Source of the DNA: an uncultured delta proteobacterium
GTDB taxonomy: Bacteria > Desulfobacterota > WTBG01 > CAIYCZ01 > CAIRTM01
Reading direction: 5' to 3'
Assembly: GCA_903881505.1 (NCBI GenBank)
Contig: CAIRTM010000102.1
Span: 8,389-72,388 of the forward strand
DNA: 64,000 nucleotides
Position numbers and translations under genes: made by a program. Positions 55,558 through 64,000 of this stretch are shown one piece after another; position 1 is the first letter of the stretch; every line of letters starts with the position of its first letter. The notes beneath the pieces are model-generated. The model searched no databases. It was not told the DNA's origin and saw nothing but the letters and a program-made list of their open reading frames with translations.

Positions 55558-57116
55558 CCCTTCCCCCCTGTTCGTTTGCGCCGCCAGGCGATTTTTACCA
55601 TGCAGGCAAGGACGGCCAGCAGAACCAGCAGCACGACACGGGTCGTTAAAACGCAGGTGCGGTCCTCGGGCGCCACATTCTCCATGAAAATAAAAGGCAG
55701 CCATTCCTGCCACAGCCACATGCCTAAAATAAAAAACAGAAATGCCGGCGTGATGTATTTTATGATGATTTTGTAGACCCTGGGGATTTCAAGGTCCGCA
55801 CCGTGATGAATTTCTTTCCAGGCATTCTCCATGCCGAAGACCCAGCCGAAAAGGATGGTTTCAATTGCGGCAAAGATGACCAGCAGGAATGTCCCGCCCC
55901 AAAAGTCCAATTCGTCAACGATTCCGTTTTTAAAGAAAAAGACCGGGAACTGGCAGAGAGTAAAGGCGATTATGCCAAAAATCGCCACGGCTTTTCCGCG
56001 GCTGATATTAAATTCGTCTTCCATAAAAGCGATCGCGGGCTGAGCCAGAGATACCGACGAGGTTATGCCGGCCAGGAAAAGCAGGCCAAACCAAAAAAAT
56101 CCCAGGACTGGTGCAAGGGGCAGGTGGTTGATTATGGAGGGCATGGTCACGAACCCCAGGTCGAAGACCCCGGAATGCGCAATCGCGGCAATGTCGGCTG
56201 GCCCAAAAAAAACAAAAGCGGCCGGAATGACGATGCAGCCCCCGAGAATGACTTCAGCGACTTCATTCATGCTGGCGGCGGTCAGGCCTGAGAGCACAAC
56301 ATCATCACCCCTGGAAAGATAGCTGGCATAGGTCAAAATAACGCCGATGCCAACGCTTAAGGTAAAAAATATCTGCCCTGCGGCCTCAAGCCAGACCCTG
56401 GCTGACGTGAGCGCGCTGAAATCAGGATTCCACATAAAACCAAGGCCGTTATTGATGTTCCACGACGGGTTGGACGGATCCGGTGTTCCCAGGGTCAGAA
56501 CCCGCACGCACAGCGCGATCCCGAAAAAGAAAAGCAGGGGCATGGCCCATTTGCATAAGCGTTCAATCCCGCCGCGGATGCCGTAATAAATCACAAAAAT
56601 ATTTATCGCAAACGTAGCAAGAAAGAAAAAGTAAGCGGTCCCCAGGCTGTCAAAGTGCCGGCTTTTTTCAATCCCCTGAAAGGCACGCAGAAAGCTTTTG
56701 AGCGCCGCGGGATCGGTGAGCCCGGTCAGTTCCCGGGTGATGGCAAAAAAACTGTAAGCCAGGGTCCATGACTCGATATACATATAGTAGGTCAGAATCA
56801 CGATAGGCCCAAAGATTCCAATAATCCCGAAATATTTGATGAAGCGGTTTTTTTGCCAGACGCTGTGAAAGATCCCGGGCGCTGTGCCGTGCCCGAATCC
56901 GCCGCCGTAGCGGCCCAGGGTCCATTCGATCCACATGAGCGGGAGCCCCAGCAGGAGAAGCGCGACTAAATAGGGAATCATAAAAGCGCCGCCGCCGTTG
57001 GCAGCAGCCTTGGCGGGGAACCTCAGGAAATTGCCGAGTCCGACTGCTGATCCGGCTACGGCCATGATGATCCCGAAACGGGATGTCCAGCTGTCTCTTG
57101 ATTTCGGCTCTGCCAC
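55554..57116 (-). CDS. sodium-dependent transporter, neurotransmitter:sodium symporter (NSS/SNF) family
   Basis: SRFGIIMAVAGSAVGLGNFLRFP signature, 520 aa, about 12 TM helices. GTG start. Confidence 0.88.
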   Translation of the reverse strand: MAEPKSRDSWTSRFGIIMAVAGSAVGLGNFLRFPAKAAANGGGAFMIPYLVALLLLGLPLMWIEWTLGRYGGGFGHGTAPGIFHSVWQKNRFIKYFGIIGIFGPIVILTYYMYIESWTLAYSFFAITRELTGLTDPAALKSFLRAFQGIEKSRHFDSLGTAYFFFLATFAINIFVIYYGIRGGIERLCKWAMPLLFFFGIALCVRVLTLGTPDPSNPSWNINNGLGFMWNPDFSALTSARVWLEAAGQIFFTLSVGIGVILTYASYLSRGDDVVLSGLTAASMNEVAEVILGGCIVIPAAFVFFGPADIAAIAHSGVFDLGFVTMPSIINHLPLAPVLGFFWFGLLFLAGITSSVSLAQPAIAFMEDEFNISRGKAVAIFGIIAFTLCQFPVFFFKNGIVDELDFWGGTFLLVIFAAIETILFGWVFGMENAWKEIHHGADLEIPRVYKIIIKYITPAFLFFILGMWLWQEWLPFIFMENVAPEDRTCVLTTRVVLLVLLAVLACMVKIAWRRKRTGGKG

Positions 57117-57412
57117 AATTGTCCTTGCATGCAGGATTGATGTATGGAGCGGAAAAATTTTACAATCAAATCAGTACACTTTCAATCAAAACAAAAGAGG
57201 GTCTTCCGGATCTGCTGCGGATACGTCCATCCTGATTGAGACTCCGGGATAACGTATGCGTTTTAATGTAAGCGTAAACATCTTTTGGCATTTCGCCGGC
57301 AATGAAGGAAGTTTTCGGCACACGACCGTGCGGCAGCACAGAAGGCGGAAACATGCATGTGCCTGGCGCCAGGAAAAGAAATAGTCAAGGGGGTCAGGCT
57401 CTATCGACAGCT

Positions 57413-58750
57413 TCAGGATCGCGAGAGGAGATATTTTCTAAGGCTGACTTTTTGGTTGTGCAATCCGAGCTTGCGGCGGATTGCATCCCGGTGAAACGCG
57501 ACGGTTTTCGGGCTCAGCGACAGGGCCTCGGCAATATCCTTGGTTGTGCGGCCATATTTTATCAGCTGTGCAATATGTGTTTCTGCGGGCGTGAGCAGCA
57601 GGTTCGGGGCTGTTGAAGTGCGTTCAAACGGCGCAATAATGTGGCGCAGGTTTACGGTAAGGATGTCAAGAAACGCGCGCTGGCGTTCATTGAGCGGCCC
57701 TGCCAGCAGCTTTTCAGCATACGGCATAACCAGCTCGTGTACGCGGGCGGTGATTTTTTTTTCAAGGGCAAGCCGTTCTTCATCCCGGGTGGCAAGCAGC
57801 ACCCGCAGGGCGGTATTGGCCTCCCGCAGGTCCTGCGTGCGTTCCTGTACCGTACGCTCCAGCTCATCTCGGGACTGTGACAGCTGGGCTTCGATTTTGC
57901 AGCGCTCGGTGATATCGCGGCAGATGGTGATGGTGCCGCGCTGCTGCCCCTGCTGATCGCGCAGAAGCGACATGGTTGCTTCCGCCGGGAAAACCGTTTT
58001 GTCTTTTTTAAAAAGATACCCCCGGGTTTTTGACAGCCCGGTTTCAAAAAGGTGCTCAACCTGCTGAACTTGGCGGGCATAATATTCGTCGGTTACGATA
58101 AAGATTTCTCCTGTTGAACTGGTGTAGGAGCCTGCCATGGGTATAAATTCGAGCAGATACCTGCCCAGCATTTCCTCTGGACGCTCAAAGCCGAACATGC
58201 GGATACAGGCATCGTTTGCAGTCGCGATCCAGCCGTTCAGGTCGGCGATGATGATGGCGTCGCCGGAGTTTTCAAGAATGCTGCGGTACAGCTCCTCGGT
58301 TTCCCAGGCTTCGCTGAGGCGGGGCTCCAAGGCATTGCTGTGACGGGATGCGGCCCGGCGTTCCGGCGCGGCAATGCCGATTGCCTGTCGTATGGCTCCG
58401 CCGGCCTCGCGCATGATTGCAGACCGCATAATGACCGGAATGCGCTCTTTTGATTTTGCGATCAATGTGCACGGCGAGGGTTGCTTTTCGGCAATTACAA
58501 CCGGGTAGAGCTCAAAGCGCAGGAGATGCTCGCGCAGCGATGCATCCATATCGGCGTCCTGCCCGAGCGTAGCCGCGATGTCGGCAAAACGCAGGCCCGG
58601 GATATCATCGGGCGCATATCCCAGCAGCGCGGTGAATGCGCCGTTTACTCTCAAAAATCGTCCCTCGCTATTGAGCACAAAGGCGGCATCGAAAATCGTA
58701 TCACACATCTGCTCGAAGTATCCGGTTGGCAGTTGCTCCTGTGCATTCAT
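57413..58750 (-). CDS. PAS-PAS-coiled-coil-LuxR(HTH) one-component regulator
   Basis: PAS S-box blocks, the coiled coil ERTQDLREANTALRVLL, and a C-terminal LuxR HTH (LTPAETHIAQLIKYGRTTKDIAEALSLSPKTVAFHRDAIRRKLG). Start at ATG 58750, which overlaps the upstream stop. Confidence 0.8.
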   Translation of the reverse strand: MNAQEQLPTGYFEQMCDTIFDAAFVLNSEGRFLRVNGAFTALLGYAPDDIPGLRFADIAATLGQDADMDASLREHLLRFELYPVVIAEKQPSPCTLIAKSKERIPVIMRSAIMREAGGAIRQAIGIAAPERRAASRHSNALEPRLSEAWETEELYRSILENSGDAIIIADLNGWIATANDACIRMFGFERPEEMLGRYLLEFIPMAGSYTSSTGEIFIVTDEYYARQVQQVEHLFETGLSKTRGYLFKKDKTVFPAEATMSLLRDQQGQQRGTITICRDITERCKIEAQLSQSRDELERTVQERTQDLREANTALRVLLATRDEERLALEKKITARVHELVMPYAEKLLAGPLNERQRAFLDILTVNLRHIIAPFERTSTAPNLLLTPAETHIAQLIKYGRTTKDIAEALSLSPKTVAFHRDAIRRKLGLHNQKVSLRKYLLSRS

Positions 58751-60153
58751 GGATGCGTACCGCCCTGAATGTGATGCATCATTTTCGTACCGGGGTCCGG
58801 GCTTCCTGCCAGCGAGGCCAGAAACGTTCTCAGGTTTACCTTCTTGTTTGTAATGCCGCATTTTTTGCGAATATTTTCACGATGGAAATGAACGGTTTTG
58901 ATACTGAGCTGCAGCAGCCCGGCAATGTCCCTGGTGGTCTTGCCGTGCCGGATGCAGTTGGCAACCGAAATTTCAGCCGGCGTGAAGCGCAGGTGCTGCA
59001 TGCTCAGGGAGCGCATCATCGGCGAGGCGATGTCGAGCAGGTTTGTCTCAAGCAGTCCAAGCAGCGCCCGCTGGCGGTCCTGCAGTTTCCCGGCCGCCAG
59101 TTTTTCGATGCAGGGCAGGACCAGCTCATGCAGGTTATGCAGCATGGATTGCTCCAGAGCCGTCCTGTCATCGTCTCTGCTGTTGAGCAGCACCCGCAGG
59201 GCGGTGTTGGCCTCCTCAAGGTCGCGGGTGCGCTCCCTGACCTTGATTTCCAGTATTTCGCGGGCACTGTTCAGAGCCTCTTCCGCCTGTTTGCGCGCGG
59301 TAATATCATGCGCCACGCCCAGCACGCAGCGCTCCCCCTGAATATAGAGCGGATAGGTGCATATCTCGACCGTTACCAGGCTGCCGCCGCGGCGCTTCAG
59401 GGTAAATTCATCGGGGCCGGTGGGGCTGCCGCCGATGTTGCGTTCAAGCAGCTCGAGCGCTTTGGGGAACTGCTCGTCTGACAGCAGATCAAGGTCAAAA
59501 TAGTTTTTCCCGATCAGCTCATCGCGGCTGTACCCGGTGAGCTGCTCGGCGCTGCGGTTGCCGTCGATAAAGATGCCGCTGACGTCGCTGATATAGATGG
59601 CATCCGGGGCATACTCAAAAAAGGTGCGGAAGCGCTCTTCAGCCGCCCGCAAGGCAAGCTCGACGCTGCGGTCGCGCATGACGGTCAGCATCCCGACGGC
59701 CCGGCCCGCGCTGCTGATTATCGCCGTGTTTCTTTGTTCAACAGGAATGTTCAGTCCCTGTTTATTCACGCAGACTGCCTCCGCCGCTGAAGAGCTGCCG
59801 GGAGATGCGTATAAAAAACCAAGATCAGTGCCGATGAGCTCTTCTGCGCAATAGCCAAGCATGTTCAGGCAGGCCGTGTTGGCCTGCAGGATGGTTCCTG
59901 CGGGACTGGTAATGATGGCCGCGTCAAAACAGGCTTCCAGGGCGCGGCCGACCTGATGCAGGGCCGGATCACGACCTGTTTGTTCGGGCTGGACGCACGG
60001 GGTTGTATTCTGTTTGTTGTCGGCGGACTGCTCTATGGGCATGATCGTTTTTTGACGCTGCACAACACGAAACAGTATGTTGCGCGCGTATCGTTTCCGC
60101 CGGTGTTGCCGAAGGCGGCTGTACCATTCAATCGTTACACTGTATGGTGGCAT
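58747..60153 (-). CDS. PAS-PAS-coiled-coil-LuxR(HTH) one-component regulator (tandem paralogue)
   Basis: Same architecture: ERTRDLEEANTALRVLL and FTPAEISVANCIRHGKTTRDIAGLLQLSIKTVHFHRENIRKKCG. The true start may be the internal ATG near 60042 (MPIEQS). Confidence 0.8.
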   Translation of the reverse strand: MPPYSVTIEWYSRLRQHRRKRYARNILFRVVQRQKTIMPIEQSADNKQNTTPCVQPEQTGRDPALHQVGRALEACFDAAIITSPAGTILQANTACLNMLGYCAEELIGTDLGFLYASPGSSSAAEAVCVNKQGLNIPVEQRNTAIISSAGRAVGMLTVMRDRSVELALRAAEERFRTFFEYAPDAIYISDVSGIFIDGNRSAEQLTGYSRDELIGKNYFDLDLLSDEQFPKALELLERNIGGSPTGPDEFTLKRRGGSLVTVEICTYPLYIQGERCVLGVAHDITARKQAEEALNSAREILEIKVRERTRDLEEANTALRVLLNSRDDDRTALEQSMLHNLHELVLPCIEKLAAGKLQDRQRALLGLLETNLLDIASPMMRSLSMQHLRFTPAEISVANCIRHGKTTRDIAGLLQLSIKTVHFHRENIRKKCGITNKKVNLRTFLASLAGSPDPGTKMMHHIQGGTHP

Positions 60154-60336
60154 ACATTGGGTGCTATTACAACAATTCTATATATAAAACAGCCGGTTTT
60201 CAATACAAGAACCGTATGCTTATTTTAGTTTTTATTAGACACCCCAGTTGTTTTTTACTATACTCCCGCACTGCGGCTTTCGGCATTCAGCCGGGGAATT
60301 TTCCACGCACAGCACTCTTTCAAGGAACACACCGCT

Positions 60337-61257
60337 ATGAAGGCCCTGCGAAACACACTTATAATCCTTGCGCTGCTGTATGCCGCGCTTATTGTGTATG
60401 CGTATCTGCCCTATCCTGTTTCAGCGCCGGAAACATTCGCCGGTAAGAACAGCCATTTCATCAGCCTCGACGGCAGAACCATCCACTACACCGTTCAGGG
60501 CAGCGGCCCCGCTGTTGTGCTGGTGCACGGGTTCGGCGGCTCGACCGTGGCCTGGGATAAACTGATCCCGTACCTCGTGCCGCATTACACCGTGTACGCG
60601 CTTGACCTGCTCGGCTTCGGCCTCTCAGACAAGCCCGTTGACGCATCGTATACCCTGCCCGCGCAGGCCGACATTGTTTGCGCCCTTATCAACGCACTCA
60701 AACTGGACAAGGTTTCATTGGTCGGCCATTCCATGGGCGGGGTGATCGTGGCGGACGCTGCCCGGAAGCTGCCGGGGAAAATAAGCCGGCTCGTCTTGAT
60801 CGAGCCCGGATTTTATTTCACCGGGCCGCCGGCATTTCTCAAGTACCTTTTCTTCCCCTTCGACCGGGCCATGGCAAAAATGTTTTACAGCCGCGCGGGA
60901 CGGGAAAAAAGCCTGGCGGCCTCCTACTACGACAGATCGCTTGTGACCCCGGAGATGCTCGATGCCATGCTGATCGCCCGCAATACGCCGGGCGCGGTCG
61001 CCGCCATGGAAGCCATGAGCAGCAATCACACCTACGAGACCTATGAGGACAGCGCCCGATCCGTCAGCGTGCCCTCGCTTCTGATCTGGGGCGAGCGCGG
61101 CGAGAAAACCCGGACCGCGGAGATCGAGCGCTCCCGCCGCGACGTGAAGGGCTCGCAGCTGGTGATGGTCGAGCACTGCGGCCACTATGTGCAGGATGAA
61201 AAGCCCGCGCAGGCCGCGCAGGCCATCCTTGCTTTCCTGCAGGCGCCCACATCATAG
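60337..61257 (+). CDS. alpha/beta-fold hydrolase
   Basis: N-terminal TM/signal, the oxyanion HGFGGS, the nucleophile elbow GHSMGG, and a C-terminal CGHYVQDE histidine block. Confidence 0.8.
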   Translation: MKALRNTLIILALLYAALIVYAYLPYPVSAPETFAGKNSHFISLDGRTIHYTVQGSGPAVVLVHGFGGSTVAWDKLIPYLVPHYTVYALDLLGFGLSDKPVDASYTLPAQADIVCALINALKLDKVSLVGHSMGGVIVADAARKLPGKISRLVLIEPGFYFTGPPAFLKYLFFPFDRAMAKMFYSRAGREKSLAASYYDRSLVTPEMLDAMLIARNTPGAVAAMEAMSSNHTYETYEDSARSVSVPSLLIWGERGEKTRTAEIERSRRDVKGSQLVMVEHCGHYVQDEKPAQAAQAILAFLQAPTS

Positions 61258-61265
61258 CCTGCACC

Positions 61266-64000
61266 TCACTCCAGTCCGCCCTCCATTGCAAGCATGATGC
61301 CGCGCAGCTTTTCAAGCTGCTCATCGCTTGCCTGCCAATAGCCCCGGCGGTTTGATTCAAGCAGCACCTCGGCCGTGCGCTGGGCCGCGTAGGGGTTGTT
61401 GCGCTCAAGCCGCAAGCGCATCTGCTCATCGAAGATCAAACGCTCAGCCGCCCGGTCGAACACCCAGGGCTCCACCGCGTGCGTGGTGGCCGCAAGGCCG
61501 AGCAGGTATTCCACGCGGTCTTTCACGATTTTTGCGCCGTGAAAGTCATGCGCGAGCATGCCGTCCAGCCAGCGCGGGTTGAGCGTGCGCGTGCGGGTTG
61601 CGCGCTCGACAACCGACGCAAGCTCCTCAACATCGGTGTCGCCGCCGGCCTGGTCGACAACCATGATATCAGCGCCTTCAGCCCCGCACGCCCCGGCCGC
61701 GCGGGCCATGCCGCCCATGAATTCATAGTAGTGGTCAAGGTCGGTCACATCGTATTCGCTGCCGTCGCGCTCCTGCGCGATCATGGCAACGCTGCCCAGC
61801 AGGCTTTCAAGCGCCTGCCGGTTTTTGCATGCACTGCCGCCGGTATAGGCGTGGCTCATGGCGCCCGCAAAGGCCCGGCCGAGTTCGTCTTCCGAATGCC
61901 ACGCTCCGGTCTCAATCAGTGCCGGCAGGCCGGTGGCATACTGATCAGGGGCCGGGCCGAACAGGCGCAGGGGCATGTCCCCGTCGCAGGCAGCGGGCAG
62001 GCTTTGACAGTGGGCTCGTATGTAATTATCTTCCGGGGGCTCATGCTGCGCCGCGGCCAGCGCGCAGGCGCGGCTTATCAAATCAATGTGCGTGCCGAAG
62101 GTGTCGCGGAATATGCCGCACATGGACACCAGCACATCGATGCGCGGGCGGCCGAGTTCTGAAAGCGGTATGACCTCAAGGTCCTTGAGCCATGCACTGG
62201 CGCGGTGGCGGATGCGCACGCCCAGCAGGTGCAAGATCATGGCAATGGTGTCACCGCCGGTTTTCATGGTTTCAAAGCCCCATAAAATAACGGCGACCGT
62301 GGCGGGGTATGAACCGTGTTTTTCCCGGAAGGCCTTCAGCAGCTTCCCGGCGGCGAGTCTGCCGCGCGCCTGCGCGCCGGGCGTGGGGATCAGGCGCGGG
62401 TCGAAGGCGTACATGCCCCGGCCCGTGGGATAGGCGTCCGGGTCGCGCAGGGGGTCACCTGCCCGGGCCGGGAAGATATAGCGGCCGTCGAGCGCTCTCA
62501 ACAGGCCCGCGCTCTCTGCGCTGAAATCAAATCGCTTTCGCAGCTCATGAATATATCCGCAATACTCCGCATCGCACCACGGCGGCGGCGTGCCTGCAAG
62601 AATGGCGTCAAGAGCCTGCGCCGCAGCCTTTCTGATGCGCTCGCCCTCAGGCGTATGCTTTACCTCCGGCCAGTCAAGGCCCAGGTGACGGGCGCACAGG
62701 GTGAACAGGGAAGGCTGTTCGCGGTCAAACTGCAGGGCCCCGAGCACGAGATCACGCAATTCCCGGTCCGTATACCGTTTGTCCATCACATGCAGCCCGT
62801 GCGGGATCAGGCGGCCTTTCATGCGATAGAGCTCCCGGCGCAGCCCATCCAAATCAGCCGGCAGATGCAGGCCGGCCGCGTGCTCTTCTATCTCGCGCAG
62901 AGCCTCACCGGACGGATCAGCCTCGTACTGACCAAGCAGGTCCTCGAGCAGCAGGTAGTCCTCATACAGGCCCGAGGCCGTCATCGGAGGAGAAGCATGC
63001 GACACGCACAGGGCATAGCCCCGCCGCTTGGCAATGGTTGCTTCGGAGGGATTGCCGACCCAGTAATAGTAGACATTAGGCAGCGTGCCGAGCAGTATAT
63101 CGGGGAAACATTCGCCTGAGAGCGCGACTTCCTTGCCGGGCAGAAATTCGAGCGTGCCGTGCGTGCCGAAATGCACGACCGCATCAGCGCCGAACTCCTG
63201 CTCGAGCCAGCAATAGAAGGCCAAATACTGATGATGGGGCACCAGGGCCTTGTCATGATACAGCGAGTCGCTTTTATCATGGTCGCCGCGCGCGGGCTGC
63301 ACCCCGATAAAAACATTTCCCAGCACCGCGCCCGGCACCAGCAGGTCCGTGCCGTCAACCATGACATCGCCCGGCGGCGGCCCCCATGCGTCAATCACCC
63401 GCTTTTGGACTGCTTCAGGCAGGGCGTTGAACCACTTTTCATAGCGCACAGCCGGCATCCTGATGCCGCCGGGCTGCTGGTAAACAGGGGTATTGACAAT
63501 GCCGTGCTCAAGGAAAAATTTCTTCATCCCGTTCTCGGGGATGTCGACCTCGTAGCCGTGATCGCGCAGCTGATGCAGCAGGCGCTCAAGGCTTGCAAAC
63601 ACATCCAGGTAGCCTGCGCCGGCCAGACTGTGCTCGCCGGGAGGGTAGCTGTAGCTGATCACGGCCACCTTTTTTTGTGCAGCCGGCTTTGAGCGCAGGG
63701 ACAGCCATTTTACAATGCGCGCCGAGAAACGCTCCACGCGATCCGCAAGAGCTGCCTGGCGCTTGACGCGGCCGATTGTTCCCTCATCAACAACCTCAAG
63801 ACCGCCCAGCATGAAGGGCTCGATCGCGCCGTCCAGCTCCGGCAGGGTCACGGCCAGCACGGTTTCAATCGGACTGAGCCCGGATGAGCCCGCGCGCCAT
63901 GCGTCAAGTTCGGTCTCAAAGGCATGCAGGCCCGCGAGCAGCGGCACGTCGCGCTCCCGCAGAAACTGATAAATCACTTCCGCGTCGCCGCCGTAGGGCC
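61266..64000 (-). CDS. cobN: CobN / Mg-chelatase H-family large chelatase subunit, C-terminal ~910 aa (N-terminus beyond the right edge)
   Basis: Long colinear CobN-family blocks (YHDKALVPHHQYLAFYCWL, HFGTHGTLEFLPGK, ILWGFETMKTGGD, DVLVSMCGIFRD, RTRTLNPRWLDGML). The frame stays open to the end of the window. Confidence 0.8.
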   Translation of the reverse strand, partial: PYGGDAEVIYQFLRERDVPLLAGLHAFETELDAWRAGSSGLSPIETVLAVTLPELDGAIEPFMLGGLEVVDEGTIGRVKRQAALADRVERFSARIVKWLSLRSKPAAQKKVAVISYSYPPGEHSLAGAGYLDVFASLERLLHQLRDHGYEVDIPENGMKKFFLEHGIVNTPVYQQPGGIRMPAVRYEKWFNALPEAVQKRVIDAWGPPPGDVMVDGTDLLVPGAVLGNVFIGVQPARGDHDKSDSLYHDKALVPHHQYLAFYCWLEQEFGADAVVHFGTHGTLEFLPGKEVALSGECFPDILLGTLPNVYYYWVGNPSEATIAKRRGYALCVSHASPPMTASGLYEDYLLLEDLLGQYEADPSGEALREIEEHAAGLHLPADLDGLRRELYRMKGRLIPHGLHVMDKRYTDRELRDLVLGALQFDREQPSLFTLCARHLGLDWPEVKHTPEGERIRKAAAQALDAILAGTPPPWCDAEYCGYIHELRKRFDFSAESAGLLRALDGRYIFPARAGDPLRDPDAYPTGRGMYAFDPRLIPTPGAQARGRLAAGKLLKAFREKHGSYPATVAVILWGFETMKTGGDTIAMILHLLGVRIRHRASAWLKDLEVIPLSELGRPRIDVLVSMCGIFRDTFGTHIDLISRACALAAAQHEPPEDNYIRAHCQSLPAACDGDMPLRLFGPAPDQYATGLPALIETGAWHSEDELGRAFAGAMSHAYTGGSACKNRQALESLLGSVAMIAQERDGSEYDVTDLDHYYEFMGGMARAAGACGAEGADIMVVDQAGGDTDVEELASVVERATRTRTLNPRWLDGMLAHDFHGAKIVKDRVEYLLGLAATTHAVEPWVFDRAAERLIFDEQMRLRLERNNPYAAQRTAEVLLESNRRGYWQASDEQLEKLRGIMLAMEGGLE

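Noticed and set aside
57200-57250. Possible riboswitch or terminator structure between the PAS-LuxR gene and the NSS transporter (CCGGA...TCCGG enclosing GGAT...ATCC, followed on the minus strand by a U-rich run).
   Set aside because: The stems are only 4-5 bp with a 32-nt loop, and I recognise no match to any riboswitch class. This is too weak to call.
57286-57301. Sigma54-like TGGCAT-N-GGCA element with correct GG/GC spacing.
   Set aside because: It is on the plus strand with no plus-strand gene downstream, since the following genes are on the minus strand. The -12 element (CGGCA) also deviates from TTGCA.
1-64000. Looked for CRISPR arrays, tRNA cloverleaves, rRNA, integrase/recombinase genes, reverse transcriptases and toxin-antitoxin pairs.
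   Set aside because: I found no regularly spaced direct repeats, no tRNA-like or rRNA-like stretches, and none of these protein families in the translations. This was a by-eye scan, so small ncRNAs cannot be excluded. tRNAscan-SE, Infernal or a CRISPR finder would settle it.

Overview
This is a GC-rich bacterial chromosomal segment. Most ORFs have strong G/C third positions and long antisense shadow ORFs. All calls rest on my reading of the supplied translations plus hand translation of selected stretches; no search was run, and the taxon cannot be assigned without one.

Layout:
- 1-7.3 kb: a conserved minus-strand housekeeping block, rpsB-tsf-pyrH-frr-uppS-cdsA-dxr-rseP-tsaB.
- 7.8-27.7 kb: a compositionally mosaic surface-glycan region.
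  - 7.8-14.2 kb is a strikingly AT-rich Wzx/Wzy cassette: flippase, GT-A transferase, DegT aminotransferase, GNAT, cupin and an EpsG-like polymerase.
  - It ends in decayed ORFs and an IS-type transposase remnant at 14.4 kb.
  - 15-27.7 kb is a bacillosamine-type amino-sugar module. It holds a PglF/CapD-like dehydratase, a PglC-like phosphoglycosyl transferase, an epimerase, a second GNAT-DegT pair, a 778-aa fusion of two DegT aminotransferases, MurB, an ATP-grasp plus HAD pair and an uncharacterised nucleotidyltransferase.
- 28-33 kb: bioA and a purine cluster (purN, a queD-like gene, an archaeal-type purO-like gene, an AICARFT-only purH).
- 33-42 kb: envelope genes, namely a secreted tandem-Cache protein, GT39, an AmiC-type amidase and a MacA/MacB/OMF efflux system.
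- 42-46.8 kb: signalling oddities (REC-PAS-DHp without an ATPase domain, plus a stand-alone Hpt) and an orphan MurC-like ligase.
- 46.9-64 kb: prfB with its programmed +1 frameshift, a 21-bp perfect inverted repeat, hbd, rsmD, typA, a MATE pump, an NSS transporter with a 34-codon MetS-like micro-ORF, two tandem PAS-LuxR paralogues, an alpha/beta hydrolase and a partial cobN.

I saw no rRNA, tRNA or CRISPR array by eye.

The best candidate for undescribed biology is the amino-sugar tailoring cassette at 20.5-27.7 kb. The DHp-only phosphorelay pair at 42.9-44.4 kb comes second.
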